Positions 1 to 8,094 are shown, numbered from the stretch's first letter. The stretch: DNA of 11,795 nt from Candidatus Eiseniibacteriota bacterium (GCA_034440375.1 JAWXBZ010000109.1:1-11795), one strand, 5' to 3'. The notes: a model not told the origin generated them from the sequence alone. Numbers and translations: made by a program.

Positions 1-2299
1 GATCGACCCGCTCCCAGGCGACCGGTTTCTTGTCGAGCCAGTCGTTGAACGTGACCCAGGCCGAAGCAGGCAGATCGAGCTGGCCCGCGGCCGTCGCCAC
101 CCCCTCGCCGATGCGTGCCGAGCTTCGTCGGATCGTGACGCGATTCCGTGTCGCCTCGAAGTCGGCCATGGCCGAGTCGACGATCCCCGGCCCCCACCGA
201 AAGTCGGTCAGGCTGATGATGCCGCTCGGGTCAGGATCACCGTTCGGCCCGTTAAGCCGGAGACGACCCGAGAGCCGGCCGCCGCCAAATTCGGGCGCGG
301 CATCGGGGCCCGACAGGACGAGGAGATCAATGTCCATCTCGTCGGCCGTGACATCCATGCGACCCTGGTCGGTGTCGAAGACTCCCGAAAGCAGGGCGCT
401 GCCGGCCGCGGAGGTCCAGCGGGCCGGTGCCAGCGTGTAGCGCGATCCGGATCCATTCACCGTGATGTCCCGATCGGGCACCCAGTCGAAGCGGCCCATC
501 GCCAGGTGCCCCCCCGCCAGCTGAACGACCATGGCCTCGCGGGCCGGATCGAACTCGGCCCAACCGGCTCCTGCGGCGGTGGTATCGAACGAGACGGCAT
601 CGATGGCCATGAGTGTGAGCCGCGGCTCCTTCCATTCAAAATCAAGATCGACCCGCTCGATCTTTCGACCCAGCGCCACGAGGCCCCGGGTCGCGACCCG
701 GCCCACGAGTTCCGGCTTCGGCAGCACGGGTCCCACGAGCCGCGTCATGTCGAGCGAATCGACCGCCATCCCCCAGCCATGGACGCCGGTGAAACGGCCG
801 GTGATATCGATGACCGGCCGATCACCGGTTCCGGTGACACGGCCGGCGGCCCGGCCGGAACCGGAGAGGCCAGGCACCGCGATGATCGGGGCGAGCTGGC
901 TCCAGTCGGAGGTGTCTCCGGTCACGTCGAGATCGAGGCCGCCACCTGAGTGCACGGCGCCGTTCAGCGTGATCCGGCCGCCATCGGGCAACCGGAGCGA
1001 CACCGCTTCGATCAGGGCGTCCTGGCCCTCGGCGAAGCGAATCCGGCCGTCAACACCGGAGAGGAAGAGGTCGAAAACCACGGTCGGGTCAAGATCCAGG
1101 CGAATATCACCCGACATCAGATCGTTCTCGTGCCGGAAGCCATCCAGGATGATATTGGCGTGCCCGCTGGCGCGTCCCTTGATCCAACGGACGGCGTCGA
1201 GCGGTACCGAGTCGAGCTGCACGGAATTGAAATCAGCCGCAATATCGAGGTGCCCGGCATCGGAAAGGACCAGATCGCCGGTGGCCCGGGTGATGTCGTA
1301 CTCGGGCATTTTCAGGCGGAGTCGATCGAATCGGAGCGTCGCGCCGTCGCGGATTCCGGCCACGCTCAGGGTATCGAGGGAATGAGAACCCCACGTCCCG
1401 GAGAGATCCCCCTCGAACTGGAAGTGTCCCGGAATGCCGTTCACGGCCACCCGACCACTGACCGTGCCTGATTCCGGAATCAGGTCACTCTCAACGATCC
1501 GGCGCATGCGTTTCAGCTCGATCCGTTCGAAGTCTCCCGCCACGACCATTCCGCCGAGCGAGTCGGCCGGATTCCAGCGGAACGAGCCGGCCACATGGCT
1601 CCCTTCCCAGTCGAGCGAAACATCCTCCCCCTGGATCGTGCGCCCGGCCACGATGAGCCGACCCGACACCTTCTCGATCCGGCCGATCGGATCGAGAAGC
1701 TCCATCGATGCCTGTTCGAGGCGCACATCGACGCCGCCACCCTTTACTTCCAGCGAGGCATGCGCGAAGAGTTTCTTTGCTTCGAAGCCGGCCATCCGAC
1801 CACTGAATCGGAATATGCCGTCCTGGACGACGATGTCCTTCATCGTGAGACTCTTGAGCCCCTCACCACTCCCGCCGCCCGGACGGTTGCCCACTGGCAG
1901 GATGATCCGGCCGGTCGAGTCGGCGGACAGTTCGATGATCGGTGAATAGACCCGCACCTGCGAGAAATCGGGGCGCCCCTGGATCAAGCCCGCCATGTCA
2001 TACCGGGCCTCGACCCGCTCGGCTTCGATGGAGGACTTCCAGATGCCGTCCACCTCGCGCTCGATCCGGACCCGTTCGAAGATCATGTTGCTCCAGACCG
2101 AACCCCTGACGCGGCCGACAAAGAGACGGGTGCCGCTGTCGGTGAAGAACTTCGTGTTGGCATAGCCGGCCAGGCGCTCGGCGGCCCAGTCGCCGGCCAG
2201 AAGCCACGCCAGGGCAAGGAGCACGACCGTCAGTACCAGACCGAGCACGATGCCGACCGACATCCGGCGCAGCACGACCAGGAGCCGCCGCCACCTCAT
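1..2299 (-). CDS. tamB: TamB/AsmA-like periplasm-spanning protein, N-terminal ~766 aa (partial, continues beyond window start)
   Basis: Absent from the ORF track because no stop lies in the window. Hand translation from ATG at 2299-2297 (TGATG overlap with the Omp85 stop) stays open to base 2. It starts MRWRRLLVVLRRMSVGIVLGLVLTVVLLALAWLLAG (basic N-terminus plus signal-anchor TM), continues ...LFVGRVRGSVWSNMIFERVRI...AERVEARYD...SPIIEL (AsmA/TamB-like N-domain), then has Gly-rich amphipathic beta repeats (GTVSGRVAVNG, GRAAGRVTGTGDRPVI, GRLSGRLRLNGPNGDP). It lies directly downstream of an Omp85 gene. The diagnostic C-terminal DUF490 domain is outside the window. Confidence 0.8.
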   Translation of the reverse strand, partial: MRWRRLLVVLRRMSVGIVLGLVLTVVLLALAWLLAGDWAAERLAGYANTKFFTDSGTRLFVGRVRGSVWSNMIFERVRIEREVDGIWKSSIEAERVEARYDMAGLIQGRPDFSQVRVYSPIIELSADSTGRIILPVGNRPGGGSGEGLKSLTMKDIVVQDGIFRFSGRMAGFEAKKLFAHASLEVKGGGVDVRLEQASMELLDPIGRIEKVSGRLIVAGRTIQGEDVSLDWEGSHVAGSFRWNPADSLGGMVVAGDFERIELKRMRRIVESDLIPESGTVSGRVAVNGIPGHFQFEGDLSGTWGSHSLDTLSVAGIRDGATLRFDRLRLKMPEYDITRATGDLVLSDAGHLDIAADFNSVQLDSVPLDAVRWIKGRASGHANIILDGFRHENDLMSGDIRLDLDPTVVFDLFLSGVDGRIRFAEGQDALIEAVSLRLPDGGRITLNGAVHSGGGLDLDVTGDTSDWSQLAPIIAVPGLSGSGRAAGRVTGTGDRPVIDITGRFTGVHGWGMAVDSLDMTRLVGPVLPKPELVGRVATRGLVALGRKIERVDLDFEWKEPRLTLMAIDAVSFDTTAAGAGWAEFDPAREAMVVQLAGGHLAMGRFDWVPDRDITVNGSGSRYTLAPARWTSAAGSALLSGVFDTDQGRMDVTADEMDIDLLVLSGPDAAPEFGGGRLSGRLRLNGPNGDPDPSGIISLTDFRWGPGIVDSAMADFEATRNRVTIRRSSARIGEGVATAAGQLDLPASAWVTFNDWLDKKPVAWERVD

Positions 2300-4242
2300 C
2301 AGAACGTCTGTCCCACGGCCAGGTGAAGGTCGCTCGGAAATTCGTGCCGGGCCGGCGAGAGGCGGTAGGCCCATTCAAGCCGGATCGGCCCGACCGGGGA
2401 ATTGAACCGCAGGCCGGCGCCGACCGAGTAGCGCATGTGCTCGGGCGTGGTCTTTTCGGTGTCAAAGGTCGGTACGAAGTGTCGAATCTTGACTCGGCTG
2501 TATTCCCGCCATACATTTCCGGCGTCAAGGAAAATCGCGCCACCCAGAGGACCTCGAATCGGAAAGCGCATTTCCAGGTTGGCCAGCAGTGTCAGGAGGC
2601 CCCCCCCCGAGGGGTCCTTGCCATCGGCAAGCCCGTTCAGGGTGTTTTCCTGGTAACCGCGCACCGAATTGGCACCGCCGGTCAGGAATCTTTCCTCGAA
2701 GGGGACGCTGGTGATGTCATCCACCGCGTCCTGACCCATGGAGCCGGGCACCAGCCCGGAGTCGGGATCGATGCCGCCGAAGCGAATCCGTGTGCCGATC
2801 GTGGCGCCAAAGAGCCCCGGGAAGAGGTACGAGGAGTTTTCGACCCCCTTCAGGAAGTTGCTGTCCCCGCCGAAAACGCCACCGGCCCGCTCCAGCTGGA
2901 GTTCGTGGCGATGGCCGCGTTTCGGATTCAGGAAGTCGTCCCGTTCGTCGATCGTCAGGCGGCCGGCCATCGAGCGGGTGATGTAGCGGCGGCGGCAAAA
3001 GCTCGGGTCGTCGAGGCAGACCTCGTCAGCCAGGCTGTCCGGCTCGACATCGGTGGTCGTGCCACGGGCGTCATAGATCAGGGCCACTGAACTCCGGCGC
3101 TCCTTGATCTCGTACAGGATTTCAGCTCCGGCCCCCAGGATGTCCTGCTTCACGAACTCGTTGCGAAGATTATCGAACTGGTAGTAGGCCTGGAGCTGAC
3201 CCCGCAGGCGGGTGCCAAACAGCCACCGCTCGGCCAGCGTTGCCTGGGCCAGCGTTTCGCGCTGGTGGAAGAAGGGGGCGTTGCCGAATATTTCGCGGGC
3301 GGTTCGGGCATTGAGGCGAAGCTCCCTGCCGGAGCCGAAGATGCTTCGCGTGCCCCACTCGGCCGTCAGCCGGAGAAGGTTATCGCTCGTGTAACCGACA
3401 CCGCCCGAGATCCACTTCTGCTTCCGCTGCGTCAGCCGGAAGAGGACATCGACCGTGTTGTTCACGGAATCGATCCCGGCCGGCGGGTAGACGACATCGA
3501 CATCCCGGAAGTAGCCGGTATCGAACAGGCGCTGACGGCTGCGCTCCACTTCGTGGCGGCTGAAGACATCACCCGGATCAAACGTTACTTCGCGCCGCAG
3601 CGACCCCCCGCTCAGCCCCTCCGCGCCGGTAAGATCGAAACGATCGAACGTCGTCAAAGGGCCGGGGTCGACGCGGTGGATGATCAGGACACTGTCATGC
3701 CCCACCTCGGAATAAGTGCTAATCCGTGCGAAGGGATGCCCCCGGTTGGCCTGATCATTATCGATCCTCGCCCGGTCGATCTCCAGATCGATAACGGCCC
3801 AGGGTTTTCCCCGCTGCAGGATCAGCCGGTCCCGGATCTGCTGTTCGGACTCGGCATTGACGCCTCGAATGTCGACATCAAGGACCTCGTACTCCGACCC
3901 CTCGTAGACGCGAAAAACCAGGTCGACGCCGTTTTTTACCGACAGCGTGTCCCAGACAACCGTGGCCGCGGCCAGCCCCTTGGCACGGGCGTGAGCCTCG
4001 ATCGTCCGCGCCTCCTGCTGGATCAGTCCGCGGTAAAAGCGCGGTTTGCGGAACGGGTGAAAAAAGTCGGGTGTCTTGATCGATACGACCTTCTGGAGTT
4101 CTCCCGCGGTCAGCCGGTGCGTCCCCTCGATCCGGATGTCCCGGATACGCGGGGCCTCGGGCAGCAGAAGCAGGTCACTCGCACCGAGCGCCTGGCCTGG
4201 CCCGCCGGCCAGAAAAGCCAGGGCCAGGCCGAGTCGGCGCAC
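2299..4242 (-). CDS. tamA: Omp85-family (BamA/TamA) outer membrane protein with 3 POTRA domains; TamA-like
   Basis: Three POTRA-like repeats (RIRDIRIEG...VDLVFRVYEG; YEVLDVDIRG...RGHPFA...RVDPG; LRREVTFDPGDVFSR...RLFDTGYFRDV). Barrel motifs RDDFLNPKRG, ERFLTGGANSVRGY, FLDAGNVW, GAGLRFNSPVGPIRLEWA and C-terminal LAVGQTF. Preferred start is GTG 4242, giving a signal peptide MRRLGLALAFLAGGPGQALGA with GAGGGAG upstream. Alternatives are GTG 4254 and GTG 4320 (ORF track). Family is confident; tamA versus bamA is inference from POTRA count and the neighbouring gene. Confidence 0.85.
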   Translation of the reverse strand: MRRLGLALAFLAGGPGQALGASDLLLLPEAPRIRDIRIEGTHRLTAGELQKVVSIKTPDFFHPFRKPRFYRGLIQQEARTIEAHARAKGLAAATVVWDTLSVKNGVDLVFRVYEGSEYEVLDVDIRGVNAESEQQIRDRLILQRGKPWAVIDLEIDRARIDNDQANRGHPFARISTYSEVGHDSVLIIHRVDPGPLTTFDRFDLTGAEGLSGGSLRREVTFDPGDVFSRHEVERSRQRLFDTGYFRDVDVVYPPAGIDSVNNTVDVLFRLTQRKQKWISGGVGYTSDNLLRLTAEWGTRSIFGSGRELRLNARTAREIFGNAPFFHQRETLAQATLAERWLFGTRLRGQLQAYYQFDNLRNEFVKQDILGAGAEILYEIKERRSSVALIYDARGTTTDVEPDSLADEVCLDDPSFCRRRYITRSMAGRLTIDERDDFLNPKRGHRHELQLERAGGVFGGDSNFLKGVENSSYLFPGLFGATIGTRIRFGGIDPDSGLVPGSMGQDAVDDITSVPFEERFLTGGANSVRGYQENTLNGLADGKDPSGGGLLTLLANLEMRFPIRGPLGGAIFLDAGNVWREYSRVKIRHFVPTFDTEKTTPEHMRYSVGAGLRFNSPVGPIRLEWAYRLSPARHEFPSDLHLAVGQTF

Positions 4243-4282
4243 GGCCCGGACCACTCCCTCGGCCGGACGGTCGATCGGAATG

Positions 4283-5749
4283 TCAGTTCCCCGTTCCGGT
4301 CGGCGCGCCCGAGGATTCACCGGCCGGCACCCCGCCCGCCGGCGGGGCCGATGACTCCGAGGGTGCCGGGGTCACCGTGGGTGCCGGTGTCGCGATCGTT
4401 GCCGAGGACTTCTGGCGTGAGAGAGCCCGGTTGCGCCGGATCATCTTCATCGGGTCGTTGAACAGGACGAACAGGATCAGCGACCCGAGCATCACGAGGC
4501 CAATCTGCTGGAAGACGACCTGCACCTTGATCGGGACCGGCCGACGCCGGATTCCCTCGGCGAGCGCCATGACCACCAGGCCTCCGTCCAGCACCGGGAT
4601 CGGCAGCAGGTTGAAAGCCATCAGCGCGATGGAGATGAGCGCCACCAGCCGCATCAGATCGTCCGGGCCACGCTCGGCGGCCTGGCCCGTCATTTCCATG
4701 ATGGCCAGCGGTCCGGACATCGAACGACCGATGGCGGCCGGATTGGTGAACAGACCGCCGATGGCCGCGAACTGCGCCCCGGATATGCCGACTGTCTGCA
4801 TGGCGCCGAGTTGGATCGCTTCACCGATCGGGTAGCGCACGACGTGCTCCTTGCTTTGGACAACGACGCCGATGCGGCCGACATTCTTGCCTCCCTCCTC
4901 CTGCCGGAGCGGCGTCACGGTCAGCGCCACCTCGCCGCCTCCCCGCTCGACGACGAGCCGGGTGGCCAGTTCGGGCCGGGCTGAAATTCGTTCGAGGACA
5001 TCGATCCACTCGCCGACCGGCTCCCCCTCGATGGAGACGATTCGATCACCGTTCTGCAGCCCGGCCACATAGGCCGGCGTGCCGCTGACGACATCGCCGA
5101 TGACCGCCGGCGTGTAAAAGAGGAGCGAATCGAGAAGGGCGCCGACCTGCCCCGCCCGGACGGGAAGCGTCTCGCGCCGGCCGTCCCGCGCGACTTCCAG
5201 GATCAAGTCGACCGGATTCTCGCGATGCGGCGCCGCTTCGCCACCGGCAATTGCGATGCGCACCTCGCCGCCCCGGGTCGTCGGGTCGCCCGAGACACTT
5301 ACGACCTCATCGCGCGGACGCAGGCCGATGGCCTCGATGGTCGAGCCGGGTGTGACCCGCCCGACCACGTTGGATGAATCGGGGTAGCTCACACCGACCA
5401 GGTACAGGATCGTCAGGACGACAAACGCGAAGATGAAGTTGGCGCCCGGGCCGGCCAATGCAATCAGCACGCGGTGCCACCACGGGTGTCCGAGGAACGT
5501 GTCGGGCCCCGGCGGCACGCCTTCCTCCAGGGCCTCCTCGCCGGCCATCTTCACATAGCCGCCCAGCGGGATCAGGGACAGTGCGTATTCGGTGCGACCC
5601 CGGGTGAATCCGAAGAGCCGGGGCCCGAAGCCGATGGAAAACTTGTCGACGGGCACTCGACAGAGCCGGGCCATCAGGAAGTGCCCCAGTTCATGAACCA
5701 GCACCACAAGCCCGAGGGCCGGCACGCCGAAAAACAACAACTTGATCAT
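4283..5749 (-). CDS. rseP: RIP zinc metalloprotease RseP (site-2 protease, M50 family, two PDZ domains)
   Basis: HELGH zinc motif, FSIGFGP, IPLGGYVKM, AGPGANF, two PDZ-like segments (GLRPRDEVVSV; GTPAYVAGLQNGDRIVSIEG) and FNLLPIPVLDGG. ATG 5749 lies 5 nt after GGGAG. In-frame GTG codons at 5752 and 5755 are alternatives. Confidence 0.96.
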   Translation of the reverse strand: MIKLLFFGVPALGLVVLVHELGHFLMARLCRVPVDKFSIGFGPRLFGFTRGRTEYALSLIPLGGYVKMAGEEALEEGVPPGPDTFLGHPWWHRVLIALAGPGANFIFAFVVLTILYLVGVSYPDSSNVVGRVTPGSTIEAIGLRPRDEVVSVSGDPTTRGGEVRIAIAGGEAAPHRENPVDLILEVARDGRRETLPVRAGQVGALLDSLLFYTPAVIGDVVSGTPAYVAGLQNGDRIVSIEGEPVGEWIDVLERISARPELATRLVVERGGGEVALTVTPLRQEEGGKNVGRIGVVVQSKEHVVRYPIGEAIQLGAMQTVGISGAQFAAIGGLFTNPAAIGRSMSGPLAIMEMTGQAAERGPDDLMRLVALISIALMAFNLLPIPVLDGGLVVMALAEGIRRRPVPIKVQVVFQQIGLVMLGSLILFVLFNDPMKMIRRNRALSRQKSSATIATPAPTVTPAPSESSAPPAGGVPAGESSGAPTGTGN

Positions 5750-5765
5750 CACCACTCCCGGCGGT

Positions 5766-6851
5766 TCAGGACCGCCTCAACTCGTCATAAACCCGGACAT
5801 TTCCGGACACCATTTCGGAAACCGCATATCGGTGGGCGCGCGCACGCGCCCGGCCGGCCAATTCTTTCCGGGCCACCGCATCGGACGCCAGGAAGGTCAT
5901 CGCCGCGGCCAGCTCCTCGACATTTTCAGATCCGACAAGCCGACCGGCCGCTCCGCCGTCGAGCATGTCGTCGAACTCGGCCACGCGTGTGGCCACCACC
6001 GGAAGAGCGGCCGCCATGGCCTCCAGGACACTGGTACCCAACCCCTCATGCCGCGACGGCGCCACGACAAAATCGAACGCAGGAAGGAGCCGCGGCACAT
6101 CGGACCGAAACCCGGACAAAACGACCCGGCTTCCGAGATTCAGCGCCGCTACCTGTTTTTCGATCGCTTCCCGGTCCGGCCCGTCACCCAGGCAGACCAG
6201 CCGGAGCGGAACCGTGACCAGGGCCATGGCGGCCACGGCCAGGTCGTACCCTTTCTGGGAAGTCATGGCGCCGACAAGTCCGGCCACCATGTCAAGAGCG
6301 CCGAGGCCCAGGGCCTCCCGGGCGGCCGACCGCGCCTCTGTATTTGAGGCAAGAGGCACGTCGTTGACCGGGACCCCGCTGTAAACCACTCGAATCCTCT
6401 CCGGTTCGACACCACCGGCCTCGAGGCTTCGGGCCACGCACCGTGAGATGGCCACGTACCGGGTCACGCCGTTCCGATATTTCCACCTGGAGAATACGCC
6501 CCGGCCAATCGGCAGATCGAGGCGCCTCGTGATGACGACCGGCGCCCCGGCCACTTGTCCGGCCCCGCAGGCGGCCATATGAGCCCCTGCGGAGTGGCCG
6601 TGGACGAGATCGGCACCGAACCGTCGAACGGCCCGTGACAGGCAGAGCCAAGCCCCAATGTCGAGATCGCCACGAGGGCGGAAATCGATCGTTGCGATCC
6701 CCAGCTTCCGAACTTTTGCCGTGAGCGGCGCCTCCTTCGGCGCGGCAAGCATCAGATTGTGCCCCAGAGCGGCGAGCCCTTCGATGAGGTAGCCCACCTG
6801 GGCCTGTCCCCCGCGCCAGGACCGTCCGGAATCGACGTGCAGCAATCGCAT
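5766..6851 (-). CDS. Glycosyltransferase family 4 (GT-B fold, RfaB-like)
   Basis: N-terminal MRLLHVDSGRSWRGGQAQV, DLVHGHS, YVAISRCV, VVYSGV, QKGYD, GDGPDR, GFRSDV and the retaining GT4 E-x7-E motif PSRHEGLGTSVLEAMAAALPVVAT. Donor and acceptor are unknown. Confidence 0.93.
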   Translation of the reverse strand: MRLLHVDSGRSWRGGQAQVGYLIEGLAALGHNLMLAAPKEAPLTAKVRKLGIATIDFRPRGDLDIGAWLCLSRAVRRFGADLVHGHSAGAHMAACGAGQVAGAPVVITRRLDLPIGRGVFSRWKYRNGVTRYVAISRCVARSLEAGGVEPERIRVVYSGVPVNDVPLASNTEARSAAREALGLGALDMVAGLVGAMTSQKGYDLAVAAMALVTVPLRLVCLGDGPDREAIEKQVAALNLGSRVVLSGFRSDVPRLLPAFDFVVAPSRHEGLGTSVLEAMAAALPVVATRVAEFDDMLDGGAAGRLVGSENVEELAAAMTFLASDAVARKELAGRARARAHRYAVSEMVSGNVRVYDELRRS

Positions 6852-6852
6852 G

Positions 6853-8094
6853 TCAACCGGCCACCGGGCGCACCATCGTGTGGATCAGCCGGCGAGATGC
6901 CTCGCGCGCCTCATTGTCGACGGCGAGGATTCGTGTCACGCCGGTGACCTCGTCACATTCCGCGGGGTCGATTCCGGAGGCCGCTTGCCTGGAATCCTTG
7001 TCCGCCGGACTCCGTTCCGGGTCGAACCGATCCATCACCTCGGCGATCACGACCGGGATGTCGGTGAATCGGATTTCCCCGGCCAGGAATGCCGCCACGG
7101 CAATTTCGTCGGCCGCATTCATGACGGCCGGCATCACACCGCCGGCCTTGCCGGCCTGAATCGCCAGGCGGAGACACGGGAACCGTTCGTGATCCGGTGG
7201 CTCGAAGTCCAGGCGCCCCAGTACTCCCAGATCAAGCGGCGGAAGCGGCGGCAACCACCGATCGGGCCAGGACAGCGCGTACTGCACCGGCAGGATCATG
7301 TCGGGCCGGGCCAGCTGCGCGATGACCGAGCCGTCCACGAACTCGACGAGGGCATGGACGATCGACTGGCGATGCACCAGGACATCGATGGCGTCCAGCG
7401 GCACGTCGAACAGCCAGTGGGCTTCCAGAACCTCAAGCCCCTTGTTCATGAGCGTGGCGCTGTCGATCGTGATCCGGGAGCCCATCGGCCAGACGGGGTG
7501 CTTCAACGCCTCGGCCGGCGTGACATCCCGGAGTGAACCCGGACGATCCCGGAAGGGGCCGCCCGACGCGGTGATTGTCAGGCGCCGAATCTGGTCCGAG
7601 CCTCGCCCTTCAAGGCACTGAAACAATCCGGAGTGTTCACTGTCGATCGGCAGGATGGTGGCGCCATGACGTCGGGCCGCCGACATGACCTGCTTTCCCG
7701 CCACCACCAGCGATTCCTTGTTGGCCAGGGCCAGTCGGGCCCCCCGGCTCACCGCGGCCAGACTGGGTGACAGACCGGCGCTGCCTACGACGGCGTTCAC
7801 GACAATGGAGGAGGAGGGATCGGCCGCCATTTCGGTGGCCGCGTCCGGACCGACGAGAAGCCGGCACCCGGGTGGAAGGCTCGATCGGTCGAATCGGGCC
7901 GCGGCCTCCGGGTCGCCGATACCGACCAGCGGCACGCGCCAGGCACGCACCTGGTCCGCCAGTGCTTCGACCCGCCGCCAGGCAAAGAGCCCGGCCACTC
8001 GTATTCGGTCCGGGTGCGCCCGTGCGACATCGAGTGCCCGGGTGCCGATCGATCCGGTTGATCCGAGGAGGACGACTGTCGAGGGGTGCTTCAT
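6853..8094 (-). CDS. dxr: 1-deoxy-D-xylulose 5-phosphate reductoisomerase (MEP pathway)
   Basis: LGSTGSIG, LANKESLV, PIDSEH, TASGGPF, HPVWPMG, TIDSATLMNKGLEVLEA, HRQSIVH, PDM, RFPCL. Confidence 0.98.
   Translation of the reverse strand: MKHPSTVVLLGSTGSIGTRALDVARAHPDRIRVAGLFAWRRVEALADQVRAWRVPLVGIGDPEAAARFDRSSLPPGCRLLVGPDAATEMAADPSSSIVVNAVVGSAGLSPSLAAVSRGARLALANKESLVVAGKQVMSAARRHGATILPIDSEHSGLFQCLEGRGSDQIRRLTITASGGPFRDRPGSLRDVTPAEALKHPVWPMGSRITIDSATLMNKGLEVLEAHWLFDVPLDAIDVLVHRQSIVHALVEFVDGSVIAQLARPDMILPVQYALSWPDRWLPPLPPLDLGVLGRLDFEPPDHERFPCLRLAIQAGKAGGVMPAVMNAADEIAVAAFLAGEIRFTDIPVVIAEVMDRFDPERSPADKDSRQAASGIDPAECDEVTGVTRILAVDNEAREASRRLIHTMVRPVAG

Noticed and set aside
30..1949. Plus-strand ORFs (30-440, 506-949, 531-1385, 950-1471, 1434-1949, 1595-1945) and short minus-strand ORFs
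   Set aside because: They are shadows of the uninterrupted minus-strand TamB-like frame, with S/R/P-rich or antisense-register composition and no recognisable motifs.
1998..2543. 181-aa minus-strand ORF bridging the Omp85 and TamB genes (possible frameshift fusion)
   Set aside because: The Omp85 ends in a proper terminal-Phe beta-signal and TamB has its own ATG and signal anchor. The bridging frame is R/P-rich with no recognisable motifs.
2299..4242. Annotation as canonical BamA or as lipoprotein TamL
   Set aside because: At about 650 aa with three POTRA repeats it is short for canonical BamA, and it has no N-terminal Cys or lipobox for TamL.
4243..4320. ORF-track start (GTG 4320) for the Omp85 gene
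   Set aside because: It overlaps rseP by 38 nt and places 26 mostly polar residues before the signal peptide. GTG 4242 (or 4254) gives a better signal peptide. Disfavoured but not excluded.
3265..4461. 398-aa plus-strand ORF, and similar ones at 2323-3090, 9622-10572 and 10707-11735
   Set aside because: They lie antisense to well-conserved genes. Long antisense ORFs are expected at this GC content, and none shows family motifs.
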